A stretch of 64,000 bases of DNA from Holophagales bacterium (GTDB taxonomy: Bacteria; Acidobacteriota; Thermoanaerobaculia; Multivoradales; UBA5704): NCBI GenBank assembly GCA_031390755.1, contig JANMTS010000060.1, positions 700 through 64,699 on the forward strand. The letters run 5' to 3'. The notes beneath the pieces were generated by a model. It saw only the letters and a program-made list of their open reading frames with translations, did not search any database and had not been told where the DNA came from. Every line of letters begins with the position of its first letter. The stretch's first letter is position 1. A program made the position numbers and the translations under genes. Below, piece by piece: positions 14,143 through 22,545 of the stretch.

Positions 14143-17100
14143 TTACTTCCAGCCGGCTTCGACCTCGCCGACGTCCACCATCGCACCGTCCGTCATCACC
14201 ACGAACGGCCTGGACTCGACCGTGAGATGGCCTTCGCCGTCGTGCCGGACGACCTGCACGAGCCCCAACCCGTAGCCCATCGGACCGCGGCTGTAGTAGT
14301 GGACGCCGATCCGGTACGGCGCCGCGCCCTTGCTCTTCGCCGCGCCCACCGCGAAGCACTCGGGGCCATAGCCGGTGGTCACGTCGGCGAACAGCTCGCC
14401 GCCCGAGGGCAGCGCTTTCTGCGAGTAGTAGGCGTGTCCGCCGAGGCGGTCGTAGATGTGGAGGTCGACGTCGTTGGCGTCGGTCTCCCAGGAGAGGACG
14501 AAGCGCAGCGAGGGCTCGTTGTCGATCCGGGCGCCCCGGGCGCGCACGCGGTCGGCGATCTCCCGGCTCCGCGACGGCTCCGCGCGCATCCAGGCTCCGG
14601 CGAGCAGCCCGAGATCCTCGCGGAGAACCCGGTCCACTCCGGCGAACCGGCCGCCCGGGTACTTCTGCTCGATCCCGGCGTCCAGCGCCTCGAAGGCGGC
14701 TTCCAGCTGGCCGTCCCGGAGCAGGGCCCAGGCCAGCAGGCGGTGGCTCGACGGATGGTCGGGCCGGTCCGCGACCGCCTTGCGGTAGGTGTCGATCGCC
14801 AGCCCCATCCCGGCTTCGCCCAGTCGCTCCAGGCGCTCGCCGGCCAGGCGGCGCATGTCGACGCGGCCCGGGAAGAGGTCGATCAGCGAGCCGTAGGCCC
14901 GCGCCGCGGCAGCCTTCTCGCCCGCGGCCTCCCAGGCTTCACCCAGCGCCAGCAGGGCCGCCACGTCGCCCGGCGCCTCGGCGCTCCAGGACTCGGCCAG
15001 CTCCCTGGCCTTCGCCACACGGCCGGAGGCCAGGAGATCCATCACGCTGGCGAAACGGCCGGTGTAGGGCGAACGCTGCTTCGCCTTTTCCTGGACCTCG
15101 ACCCTCTCCTCCGGGATCTGCGACGGAGCTTCGACCGGCTGCGGTTCCATCGCGGGCCGGGGCGCTGCCGGAGGCGGGGGCGGCGCCGATTCCCTGGCGA
15201 TGACGATTGCCAACTCTTCCCCCTCCGCGTTGCCGGGCACTCCAACCATCACACCGCCGGGCGAGCCGCCGGGCACGCCGCCCGCCACACCACCGACGAC
15301 GCCGGCCTCCACGCCTCCCTCCACACCATCCTCCATCCCCTCCGAGAGACTCTCCGGCTCGTCGCCGCCGGCCTCGTTCGCCGCATCCTCGAGGCTCGGG
15401 GCCTCCTGCTTCTGTTGGGTCCACTCGACGGGGATCGTCCGGGGCGAGCGGTCGAGCACCTCCAGGCCTCCCGCGCCGACGGTCAGGATGTCGGACAGCG
15501 ATTTCTGATCGAGGCCGAAGCGCTGGTAGTCGCTCGCGCTTTCGAGTACCAGCATCGCGGTGAAGGGGCTCAGTACCCGGTGCCGGACGCTCAGCTCGAC
15601 GATCGTCAACGCCAGCGCCTGGCGCATGTCGGCGTCTCCCTCGGGAGCCGTCTCGCGCAGGTGCGTCAGCCGCTCGATCCTCGCCTGGGCCCAGGCGCGT
15701 TCGAGCAGGGGCCGCTCGACCGGCGCCAGGTCGCCGCGCAGCGCCACGGCCCGGCCTCCCAGGCTGAGACGCAGCGGCTTGCCCGCCGGCAGGTCGGCGT
15801 AGACCAGCACCTCGTCGCCGGGCTGGACGCCGTCGAGCGTCTCGGGCCACACCCAGGCCGCGCCGTCGACCTTGACCTTGATTCCCGAATGGCTGGCCAG
15901 CGTCAGCCGGCGGGCGATCTCGGAGAGGGGCGCGTCGCCGTCGATGCGCTGGCCCTCGTGCTTCAGGTTGCCGGTCGTGACCGCGCGGAGGGCAGCTTCG
16001 TCGCGCAGGCCTCCGACGGCCAGCACGTCCAGCCGTTCGACGCCGGCCCTGCCGAGCGCCTGCACCGCGGCCTTGAGCTTGCCGGCCTCGGTCTCCCCGG
16101 CGGTTGCGACGCCGTCGGTGACGAGGAGCACCCGCGGATACGACCCTTTCTTCCCCGCCGGCCCCGCCAGCCGGCCGGCGAGCCAGGTGAGCGCGCCCTC
16201 CAGATCCGACGCCCCGAGCGGCCGGCGGGAGGCGAGGCGACGCGTTTCAGCGTCTCCAAACCCGCCCGCCGTCCCCTCGTAGATCGGAGCGACTTCCTGG
16301 TCGAACGCCGCGATCCCGACCGGCGTCGCGCTGCCGGCTCCGCCGCGCAGCCCCGAGAGCAGCTCGGTCACGCTCCGGACCTGGGCCGCATAGCCCAGGG
16401 CGCGCGATGCGCTGGAATCGACGAGCACGTAGAGCCCGCCGATCTCCTGCGTCACGGAGTCGCCCGGAGCCGCCACGCGGACCACGGCGAGGTTGCCGTG
16501 GCGCAGGCCGGCGCGGTCTCCGACGGGGTCGACGCGGTCCTGGCCAATCTCGAAGTCGCGGTCGGGCGTCCAGTCCTGCCTGTGCAGCTCGACCAGCCGG
16601 CGGTCGCGCACCTCGCCGCCGAGGTTGCTCACCGGCGCCTCGGAGGCCGCGCGCTCGCCGAGCAGCACCCGGATGTCGAGCCGGCCGATCTGCGCGAGGC
16701 CGGCGAGCGGAACGACGTACGGCTCGCCCGCCCGGGCCATCCCGTGCGAGTACGAGACGATCAACTCCTTGCGGCTCCGCGCCGGGATCGGAAAGACGCG
16801 GGCCGAGAACTCGTTGCCCGCCTCCTGCTCCAGCAGCGCCGGGTCCTGCTTACGGTGGAGGAAATCCTCATAGACGCGGCGGGCGCGCTGGCGCTCCACC
16901 ACCTCGCCCTCCTGCCAGGAGTCGCCGATCTTCATGGCGAAGCGGCTGAGCGCCGCGCCGGGAGGCAGGGCGATCCGGAAGCGCCCCTCGATCGTCTCGT
17001 CGCGGGGGTTCTCGAAGGTCATGTGCAACTCGGTGAACGCGAGCGGAGGCTCCAGCACGCCGTTCACCTCCAGGGCGACCAGGGAGAGGCCGCTGCCGTC

Positions 17101-17319
17101 CGAGGCGGTGAGAGCGATGGGAATGCTCCGGTCCGCGGCCTCGGGGGAACGATCCCCGGGATCCCCTGGGACGGGGGAGAATCGGAACGAAGTCGAGACC
17201 GGCCAGGACTCGGCATCCGTGCCGGCCGCAAGGCCGGCGGCGGTGACGGCGGCCGTCAAAAGGATCAAGCCAGCGACAGCAGTATTTCGGGAAATGCGTC
17301 GGGACATAGGTCGGGACAT
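14143..17319 (-). CDS. VIT + von Willebrand factor A + TPR + DUF2135-like C-terminal domain protein
   Basis: 1058-aa track ORF. VIT-like 'FTELHMTFENPRDETIEGRFRIALPPGAALSRFAMKI...ARVFPIPA'. vWA 'YVLVDSSASR...LLVTDGVAT'. TPR helices. C-terminal 'FADVTTGYGPECF'. Confidence 0.85.
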   Translation of the reverse strand: MSRPMSRRISRNTAVAGLILLTAAVTAAGLAAGTDAESWPVSTSFRFSPVPGDPGDRSPEAADRSIPIALTASDGSGLSLVALEVNGVLEPPLAFTELHMTFENPRDETIEGRFRIALPPGAALSRFAMKIGDSWQEGEVVERQRARRVYEDFLHRKQDPALLEQEAGNEFSARVFPIPARSRKELIVSYSHGMARAGEPYVVPLAGLAQIGRLDIRVLLGERAASEAPVSNLGGEVRDRRLVELHRQDWTPDRDFEIGQDRVDPVGDRAGLRHGNLAVVRVAAPGDSVTQEIGGLYVLVDSSASRALGYAAQVRSVTELLSGLRGGAGSATPVGIAAFDQEVAPIYEGTAGGFGDAETRRLASRRPLGASDLEGALTWLAGRLAGPAGKKGSYPRVLLVTDGVATAGETEAGKLKAAVQALGRAGVERLDVLAVGGLRDEAALRAVTTGNLKHEGQRIDGDAPLSEIARRLTLASHSGIKVKVDGAAWVWPETLDGVQPGDEVLVYADLPAGKPLRLSLGGRAVALRGDLAPVERPLLERAWAQARIERLTHLRETAPEGDADMRQALALTIVELSVRHRVLSPFTAMLVLESASDYQRFGLDQKSLSDILTVGAGGLEVLDRSPRTIPVEWTQQKQEAPSLEDAANEAGGDEPESLSEGMEDGVEGGVEAGVVGGVAGGVPGGSPGGVMVGVPGNAEGEELAIVIARESAPPPPPAAPRPAMEPQPVEAPSQIPEERVEVQEKAKQRSPYTGRFASVMDLLASGRVAKARELAESWSAEAPGDVAALLALGEAWEAAGEKAAAARAYGSLIDLFPGRVDMRRLAGERLERLGEAGMGLAIDTYRKAVADRPDHPSSHRLLAWALLRDGQLEAAFEALDAGIEQKYPGGRFAGVDRVLREDLGLLAGAWMRAEPSRSREIADRVRARGARIDNEPSLRFVLSWETDANDVDLHIYDRLGGHAYYSQKALPSGGELFADVTTGYGPECFAVGAAKSKGAAPYRIGVHYYSRGPMGYGLGLVQVVRHDGEGHLTVESRPFVVMTDGAMVDVGEVEAGWK

Positions 17320-17501
17320 GGAGGATCTCCTCCCAAGCGATCCGGGGTCCCGGTCTTGGAACCCCCGTACCTCTTAGACTCCCCAACCCGGCAAAAAGAC
17401 ACCACGCGGCTCAGGGAACTTTTTTCAAGTTGGCCCGAATCCTGCTTCAAGACGGCTATGCGAGATCTCGGAATGAATCCGGGACGAGGAGGGGAGACAA
17501 A

Positions 17502-18200
17502 ATGAACACTTTCAACCGCGCCGTACTTGCCGGAACCACGGCCGGGTTCTTTCTGATCGCCGCCGCCAACGCCCGGCTTCAGACGTCCCCGGTCCCCCAG
17601 GACCCCCAGACGGCGCCCAGGCCCGACCGTCCGCAGGCCACGCCGCCGCCAGACGCGATGCCGATGCCGGCGCCGACTCCGATGCCGATGCCCACGCCGG
17701 AGCCGACGCCTTCGCCCGAGCAGCCGGCCCCGACCGATCCGTCGGCTCCTACGCCTCCGGCGGAGAGCGACGCGGCGTCCGCGGTCACCGCGGCCACCGA
17801 CCAGTGGCTCGCCCTGGTCGACACGGGCAAGTTCGGGGAAAGCTGGACCGCCGCCGGTCAGCTCTTCCAGGCGAACGTCACGCAGGATCAGTGGGCCGCG
17901 AACATGACCACGGGCCGCACGCCCCTGGGTGAAGTCGTGAAGCGCGAGCTCGCCGAGCGCAAGGCGATGGACCAGGTCGCCGGCGCCCCCGCGGGCGAGT
18001 ACGTGGTCGCCGCCTACTTCACCGACTACGCGGCCCGCGCCGGACTGCTGGAGACCGTGACCCTGGTGAAGGAGAACGACACCTGGAAGGTGATCGGCTA
18101 CAACATCGCGCCGAAGCCCGCGGGGCAGGGCGAAGCCCCGGCGACCCCGCCGGCGGATACGCCCCCGGCCGAGACGCCTCCTCCCCCGCCGGGCCGATAA
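17502..18200 (+). CDS. secreted DUF4019-like protein with Pro-rich linker
   Basis: ATG 17502 follows aggagggga. MNTFNRAVLAGTTAGFFLIAAANA signal peptide. 'WLALVDTGKFGESW...QWAANMTTGRTPLGEVV' resembles DUF4019. Confidence 0.55.
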   Translation: MNTFNRAVLAGTTAGFFLIAAANARLQTSPVPQDPQTAPRPDRPQATPPPDAMPMPAPTPMPMPTPEPTPSPEQPAPTDPSAPTPPAESDAASAVTAATDQWLALVDTGKFGESWTAAGQLFQANVTQDQWAANMTTGRTPLGEVVKRELAERKAMDQVAGAPAGEYVVAAYFTDYAARAGLLETVTLVKENDTWKVIGYNIAPKPAGQGEAPATPPADTPPAETPPPPPGR

Positions 18201-18220
18201 GGTCCGTCCCTCGGAAGGAG

Positions 18221-18258
18221 AAGATCAGCTCGGCCTACAGGTCGAGCTGATCTTTTTC
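18221..18258 (+). terminator. rho-independent terminator candidate
   Basis: aagatcagctcg (18221-18232), 10-nt loop, cgagctgatctt (18243-18254), then a T-run. Sits just after the DUF4019-like gene and overlaps the 3' end of the convergent MBL gene. Confidence 0.55.
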
Positions 18259-19206
18259 GTCCAGCACTCCAAAACCCCTGGCCTCAATGGATTTCCTCGC
18301 CTCGCCCTTCGGATCGAGCGCCGGGTTCGAATGGTTCAGATGCGTGAACCACACCTTCACCCTGCCGGCTTTCACGAGCGGCCCCAGCAGGTCCATGGAG
18401 TCCGTGATCAACGGGTGCTTGATCTTGCTCACGTCCCGGTCGGGCAGCTCGTCCGGGGAGTAGAACGTGGCGTCGAGGAGGGCGTAGTCGACCTTCTCTT
18501 CTTCGATGACCTGCGTCAGCGGGCGGGGCCAGGTTTTCCAGGTGTCGGTGTCCGGAACGTAGAGAAGGGTTTTGTTCGGACCGCGGATCAGGAAGGCCAT
18601 GGTGTCGCTGTACTCGTCCCGATGGGGGACGGCGAAGGGCTTCACTTTGATGCCATCCCCAAGATCGAACCACTCCGCCGGTTGAAACACGTCCAGCTTG
18701 ATGTTGTTGAGCCGCACCAGTTGGCTCCACGGACCGTTGGTCTTCAGATACTCGGCCATCCGAGGAGAGACATGGACCGGGAGATCCTTCGTGTTGAGGC
18801 TCTCGAACCCGAAGTGGGCCAGTCCCAGGTAATGACCGATGTGCGCGTGAGTCAGGAGGACGCCGTCGAACGGCGCGCGGTCGGTCTTCCCCGCAGGGAA
18901 CGGCCGGAAGGCGTGGACCTTCTCGATCTGGGCTGGAAGGTCCGGAGTGGCGTCCACCAGGAAGGTGCGGCCGGTCGCCGGAACATGGATCGCGAGGCTC
19001 GCCACGTGCCTCGCCAGCGACGGGTCTTTCCGGGCTGCGGCGCAGAGTGCATGCTCGCAGCCGGTCTGCGGCATGCCGCCGTCCTGGGCCGTCCCCAGAA
19101 CCACAATGCGGGGGCCGGGCGGGCTGGTGGTTTCCGCGGCTGGAACGGCGGCTGAACGGACCGGAAGCAGGAGAAGCAGAGCCGGGAGCAGAAGCCTGGT
19201 TTTCAT
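18235..19206 (-). CDS. MBL-fold metallo-hydrolase, PqqB-like
   Basis: Start MKTRLLLPALLLLLPVRS (ATG 19206-19204). 'VLGTAQDGGMPQTGC', 'LLTHAHIGHYLGL', 'VPHRDEYSDT', 'THLNHSNP'. Confidence 0.75.
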   Translation of the reverse strand: MKTRLLLPALLLLLPVRSAAVPAAETTSPPGPRIVVLGTAQDGGMPQTGCEHALCAAARKDPSLARHVASLAIHVPATGRTFLVDATPDLPAQIEKVHAFRPFPAGKTDRAPFDGVLLTHAHIGHYLGLAHFGFESLNTKDLPVHVSPRMAEYLKTNGPWSQLVRLNNIKLDVFQPAEWFDLGDGIKVKPFAVPHRDEYSDTMAFLIRGPNKTLLYVPDTDTWKTWPRPLTQVIEEEKVDYALLDATFYSPDELPDRDVSKIKHPLITDSMDLLGPLVKAGRVKVWFTHLNHSNPALDPKGEARKSIEARGFGVLDEKDQLDL

Positions 19207-19289
19207 GGTTGAACGACTATACCCTCCCCAAGGCGGACGTTTGACAGTCGGCAAACGCGGTCCTATGCTCCTGAGTGAGGACGGAAACC

Positions 19290-19517
19290 ATGACAATTAC
19301 CATCGACATCGAGCACGAAAAGCGGCCTCTGGGGGAGCTCGTCGAACAGACTCTGGGCGGTGCGGAGATCGTCATCACCCGCAACGACCGCCCTGTCGCG
19401 AGGCTCACGGCCATTCCCGCGCGGATGCCCCGGCGCTTCGGCAGCGCTCGCGGGCTCATCGAGATGGCCGATGACTTCGACGAGCCGCTGCAGGATTTTC
19501 GAGACCTGACCTCTTGA
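19290..19517 (+). CDS. type II antitoxin, Phd/YefM-like
   Basis: MTITIDIEHEKRPLGELVEQTLGGAEIVITRNDRPVARLTAIP...GLIEMADDFDEPLQDF. The GAGG motif lies 9 nt upstream of ATG 19290. Confidence 0.7.
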   Translation: MTITIDIEHEKRPLGELVEQTLGGAEIVITRNDRPVARLTAIPARMPRRFGSARGLIEMADDFDEPLQDFRDLTS

Positions 19518-19690
19518 AATTCCTGCTGGATACCCACAGCCTGCTCTGGTTCCTGTCCGGCAATACCGCCCTCAGCCAGAGGGCCCGCCGCATCATCGAA
19601 AGCCCTGACTACGACATCGTGGTCAGCATGGCGAGCCTCTGGGAGATTGCGATCAAGCACAGCCTGGGCAAGCTGATCTTCCACGGCTGA
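19514..19690 (+). pseudogene. truncated PIN-domain (VapC-like) toxin remnant, 58 codons
   Basis: Own translation from TTG 19514, which overlaps the antitoxin stop (TTGA): LKFLLDTHSLLWFLSGNTALSQRARRIIESPDYDIVVSMASLWEIAIKHSLGKLIFHG*. This is the N-terminal half of a PIN fold (DTH..., SxASLWEIAIK) only. Confidence 0.6.
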
Positions 19691-19802
19691 TTCCGGCGGG
19701 GGTGAGGGAAGCTCCCCCGCGCGGACGTTTCTCTCCATGGTGGCGCAAGCCCCAATCCAATCCAGATTCAGCTTACGCGGCCACCCGGCGAGGATGCGCT
19801 CC

Positions 19803-21026
19803 ATGGAAACGAATCGGATCCTCTTGTTCAGCCAACCGGGAACGTCCCCGCTCGCCGACCAGCTCGCGGCGATCCTCAGCGCGGCGTCGATCGCGGTCCG
19901 CAGGGTCGAGGTCGACGGCGGCGGCGCGCCAGCCGCCAGTCAGGTGGCCGACGCCCTCTCCGGCGGCCAGCCGCACTCCGTCGCCATGATGCCCGAGGAG
20001 ACCCCGGCGGGATTGGGCCACGGGCCGTGTGCCCCGTCCAGGACGACGACCCGCGAGGCCTACGCCCTGCGCCAGCTCATCGGCGAGAGCCCGGCCTTCC
20101 TGGCCGCGGTGCGGAAGATCCCGATGGTCGCGAAGTGGGATGTCGGCGTGCTGATCTGCGGCGAAACGGGGACCGGCAAGGATCTGGCCGGCCGCGCCAT
20201 CCATGCCCTGAGCCCGCGCGCGAGCCAGCCCTTCGTCCCGGTCAACTGCGGCGCGCTGCCGGTCGAGCTGGTGGAGAACGAGCTGTTCGGCCACGAGCGC
20301 TCCGCCTACACCAGCGCGGCGACCTCCTCGACCGGACTGGTGCAGGCGGCCGAAGGCGGCACGCTGTTCCTCGACGAGGTCGATTCCCTCCCTCCGGCCG
20401 CCCAGGTCAAGCTCCTCCGTTTCCTGCAGGAGAAGGAGTACCGCCCTCTGGGCTCGTCCAGGGTGCGGCAGGCGGACGTGCGCATCCTCGCCGCCACGAA
20501 CGTCGACCCGGAGAAGGCCGTCGAGGAAGGGCGACTGCGCAGCGACCTCTACTACCGGCTGAACGTGGTGCGGCTGGACCTGCCGCCGCTGCGCGACCGG
20601 CGCGAGGACGTGCCGCTTCTCGCCCGGCACTTCCTGGCCCGTCTCAACGCCCGCTTCGGGCTTTCGATCTCCGGCTTCACGGCCGAGGCGGTCCAGGCGC
20701 TGAGCCTCCACGAGTGGCCCGGCAACGTGCGGGAGCTGGCCCACGGGGTCGAGCGGGCCGTGGTGCTGTGCGGCGGCTGCCAGCGGCTCGGCCGCGAGCA
20801 TCTGCACCTGTCGCAGGGAGCCTCCCGGGAGCCCGCCGAGCGCTTCCGCGAGGCCAAGGCGCGCACCATCGCCGAGTTCGAGCGCAACTACGTGCGCACG
20901 CTGCTGACGACCCACGGCGGCAACATCACCCACGCCGCCCGCGCCGCCGGCAAGGACCGCAAGTCGTTCTGGGAGCTCATCCGGACCCACCGGATCGATG
21001 TCGCCAGCCTGCGCAGCCAGGCCTGA
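19803..21026 (+). CDS. sigma-54-dependent transcriptional activator (bEBP, Fis-type HTH)
   Basis: Start METNRILLF (ATG 19803). Walker A GETGTGKD, Walker B LFLDEVD, 'ELFGHERSAYTSA' loop, 'WPGNVRELAH', C-terminal HTH 'GGNITHAARAAGKDRKSFWELI'. Confidence 0.9.
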   Translation: METNRILLFSQPGTSPLADQLAAILSAASIAVRRVEVDGGGAPAASQVADALSGGQPHSVAMMPEETPAGLGHGPCAPSRTTTREAYALRQLIGESPAFLAAVRKIPMVAKWDVGVLICGETGTGKDLAGRAIHALSPRASQPFVPVNCGALPVELVENELFGHERSAYTSAATSSTGLVQAAEGGTLFLDEVDSLPPAAQVKLLRFLQEKEYRPLGSSRVRQADVRILAATNVDPEKAVEEGRLRSDLYYRLNVVRLDLPPLRDRREDVPLLARHFLARLNARFGLSISGFTAEAVQALSLHEWPGNVRELAHGVERAVVLCGGCQRLGREHLHLSQGASREPAERFREAKARTIAEFERNYVRTLLTTHGGNITHAARAAGKDRKSFWELIRTHRIDVASLRSQA

Positions 21027-21146
21027 CTCCCGTCCGTCCCCCGTCCCCTCCTCCGTCCGTCCCCCGTCCTTTTCCCGTTCCTCCCTCCAGGGCCTGAGTG
21101 CGCCTGGCCCTGGCCGCGGTACCGCGGTGCCTCTCCCCCGAGCCGT

Positions 21147-21228
21147 GGGGTTTTCCCCCTGGTGCCCCGCCCCAGGCAGGGCCGCGGTTTGCGCGTCCGG
21201 CCCCGCTTCCGGGCAGGGGGAAAACCCC
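21147..21228. promoter_or_regulatory. 15-bp perfect inverted repeat pair, candidate enhancer (UAS) or structured element
   Basis: ggggttttccccctg (21147-21161) and cagggggaaaacccc (21214-21228) with a 52-nt spacer. The arms lie about 45-125 nt upstream of the -24 element. Confidence 0.3.
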
Positions 21229-21271
21229 GCAGCTGTCTAGTCAAACTGTTGAAAACAAAGGGAGACACTTG

Positions 21272-21287
21272 TGGCATCTCGCTTGCT
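21272..21287 (+). promoter_or_regulatory. sigma-54 (-24/-12) promoter
   Basis: TGGCAT-CTCGC-TTGCT. GG at 21273-21274 and GC at 21285-21286 have the canonical 12-nt register. It lies 41 nt upstream of the first operon ATG (21328). Confidence 0.7.
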
Positions 21288-21327
21288 CAAGGAGGGATGC
21301 GAGCCTGAGCCATGAACCACTTCGACG

Positions 21328-22260
21328 ATGACCTTCCCCATGCCTGACCGGCGTTCGCATCACGCGTCGCTGGTCGGCCACGTGGTGGAGGATCTGACCT
21401 TCGAGCCCCTGGACGCGGGACGGCTGGCGGCCGAGATGACGGGCAGCATGACGACTACAGGCCGGCTCGCGCGGATCAAGGACGGCGGCTTCTTCGTCTT
21501 CGCCGACCTGGCAGCGGGGGACTACGGTCTCCGGCTGACCGGCGAGCGGCTCGAAGCCCGGGAGATCCCGGTCACCCTTCCGTTCGCCCCCCTGCGCCTG
21601 GCGTTTCCGGGTGACAACGAGCTGCTGGTGACGGTCGCCGCGGTCGACCCGGCGGAGCGCCGGATCACGTTCGAGCCGGCCCACCTGCCGCGGCGGATCG
21701 AGGCGGGGGCGGCGGTGCTGGCCGCGGGCCTGGAGACGACCCTCACCGCCGAGCTGGCGGCCGGCCCCGCGGTCGCCGCGCGGCTGGAGAGTGTCGGCGG
21801 CGTCGGCGGCATCGGCGGCATCGCGCCGGGAGCGCTGGTGCGCATCGTGCGCGAGCGCTCGATCCGGCTGCGGCCCGATCCCTATGCGGCCCTGCCCCCG
21901 GGGCTGACGCGCCTGGTGGGGCGGGTGACGCGAGCCGTGCCGGCCGGCCATCCGGTGGCCGGAGCCACGGTGCGCCTGCGACGGCTGGGCGAGACCGACG
22001 TGGAGATCCGGGACGTGGCCGGCGCCGCCATCGCCGTCCTTCCCTCCAGCCCGTCCGTCTCCAGGCCGCTGGGGACGGAGCGCGACGTCACCGCCCTCAC
22101 CAACGCCCGGGGCGACTATCACCTCTACTTCTCCGACGCCTTCTTCCCCGCCGCCGTGACGCTCGAGGCCAGCGCCCCGGGTCTGGCGACGGCGGTGCGC
22201 ACGGCCGATGCCGGCCGCGGCGAGCGGAGAAGGGTCGACTTCCAGATGGAGGGCTCCTGA
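21328..22260 (+). CDS. carboxypeptidase-regulatory-like (Ig/prealbumin-fold) domain protein
   Basis: 'GHVVEDLTFEPLDAGRL...TTTGRLARIKDGGFFVFADLAAGDYGLRL' and 'VGRVTRAVPAGHPVAGATVRL...TNARGDYHLYF' look like two CarboxypepD_reg-type beta-sandwiches. Confidence 0.5.
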   Translation: MTFPMPDRRSHHASLVGHVVEDLTFEPLDAGRLAAEMTGSMTTTGRLARIKDGGFFVFADLAAGDYGLRLTGERLEAREIPVTLPFAPLRLAFPGDNELLVTVAAVDPAERRITFEPAHLPRRIEAGAAVLAAGLETTLTAELAAGPAVAARLESVGGVGGIGGIAPGALVRIVRERSIRLRPDPYAALPPGLTRLVGRVTRAVPAGHPVAGATVRLRRLGETDVEIRDVAGAAIAVLPSSPSVSRPLGTERDVTALTNARGDYHLYFSDAFFPAAVTLEASAPGLATAVRTADAGRGERRRVDFQMEGS

Positions 22261-22296
22261 GACGGCATGCCGCCGGGGAGCCAGGAGGACATCGAG

Positions 22297-22527
22297 ATGC
22301 CCAAGGTCAAGAACAGCTCGTGGAGCCCGTGCCTCCTCGCCGTCGGCGAGCGGATCATCCCCATCCCGGCGCGCGGCATCGCCAAGATCACCGACGACGA
22401 GGCGGGGAGCCCCGAGGTGCAGCGGCAGATCGCCGACGGCTCGCTGATCGTCCTGCCGGAGACCGCCGCCGAAACCGCCCGCAGCGGCGGCAAGTCCACC
22501 GGAACCGCGACGACACCGCAGTCCTGA
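22297..22527 (+). CDS. small hypothetical protein (76 aa)
   Basis: AGGAGG (22282-22287) lies 9 nt before ATG 22297. MPKVKNSSWSPCLLAVGERIIPIPARGIAKITDDEAG... No family recognised. Confidence 0.45.
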   Translation: MPKVKNSSWSPCLLAVGERIIPIPARGIAKITDDEAGSPEVQRQIADGSLIVLPETAAETARSGGKSTGTATTPQS

Positions 22528-22545
22528 TGAAAGGAGCCTGAAGCC

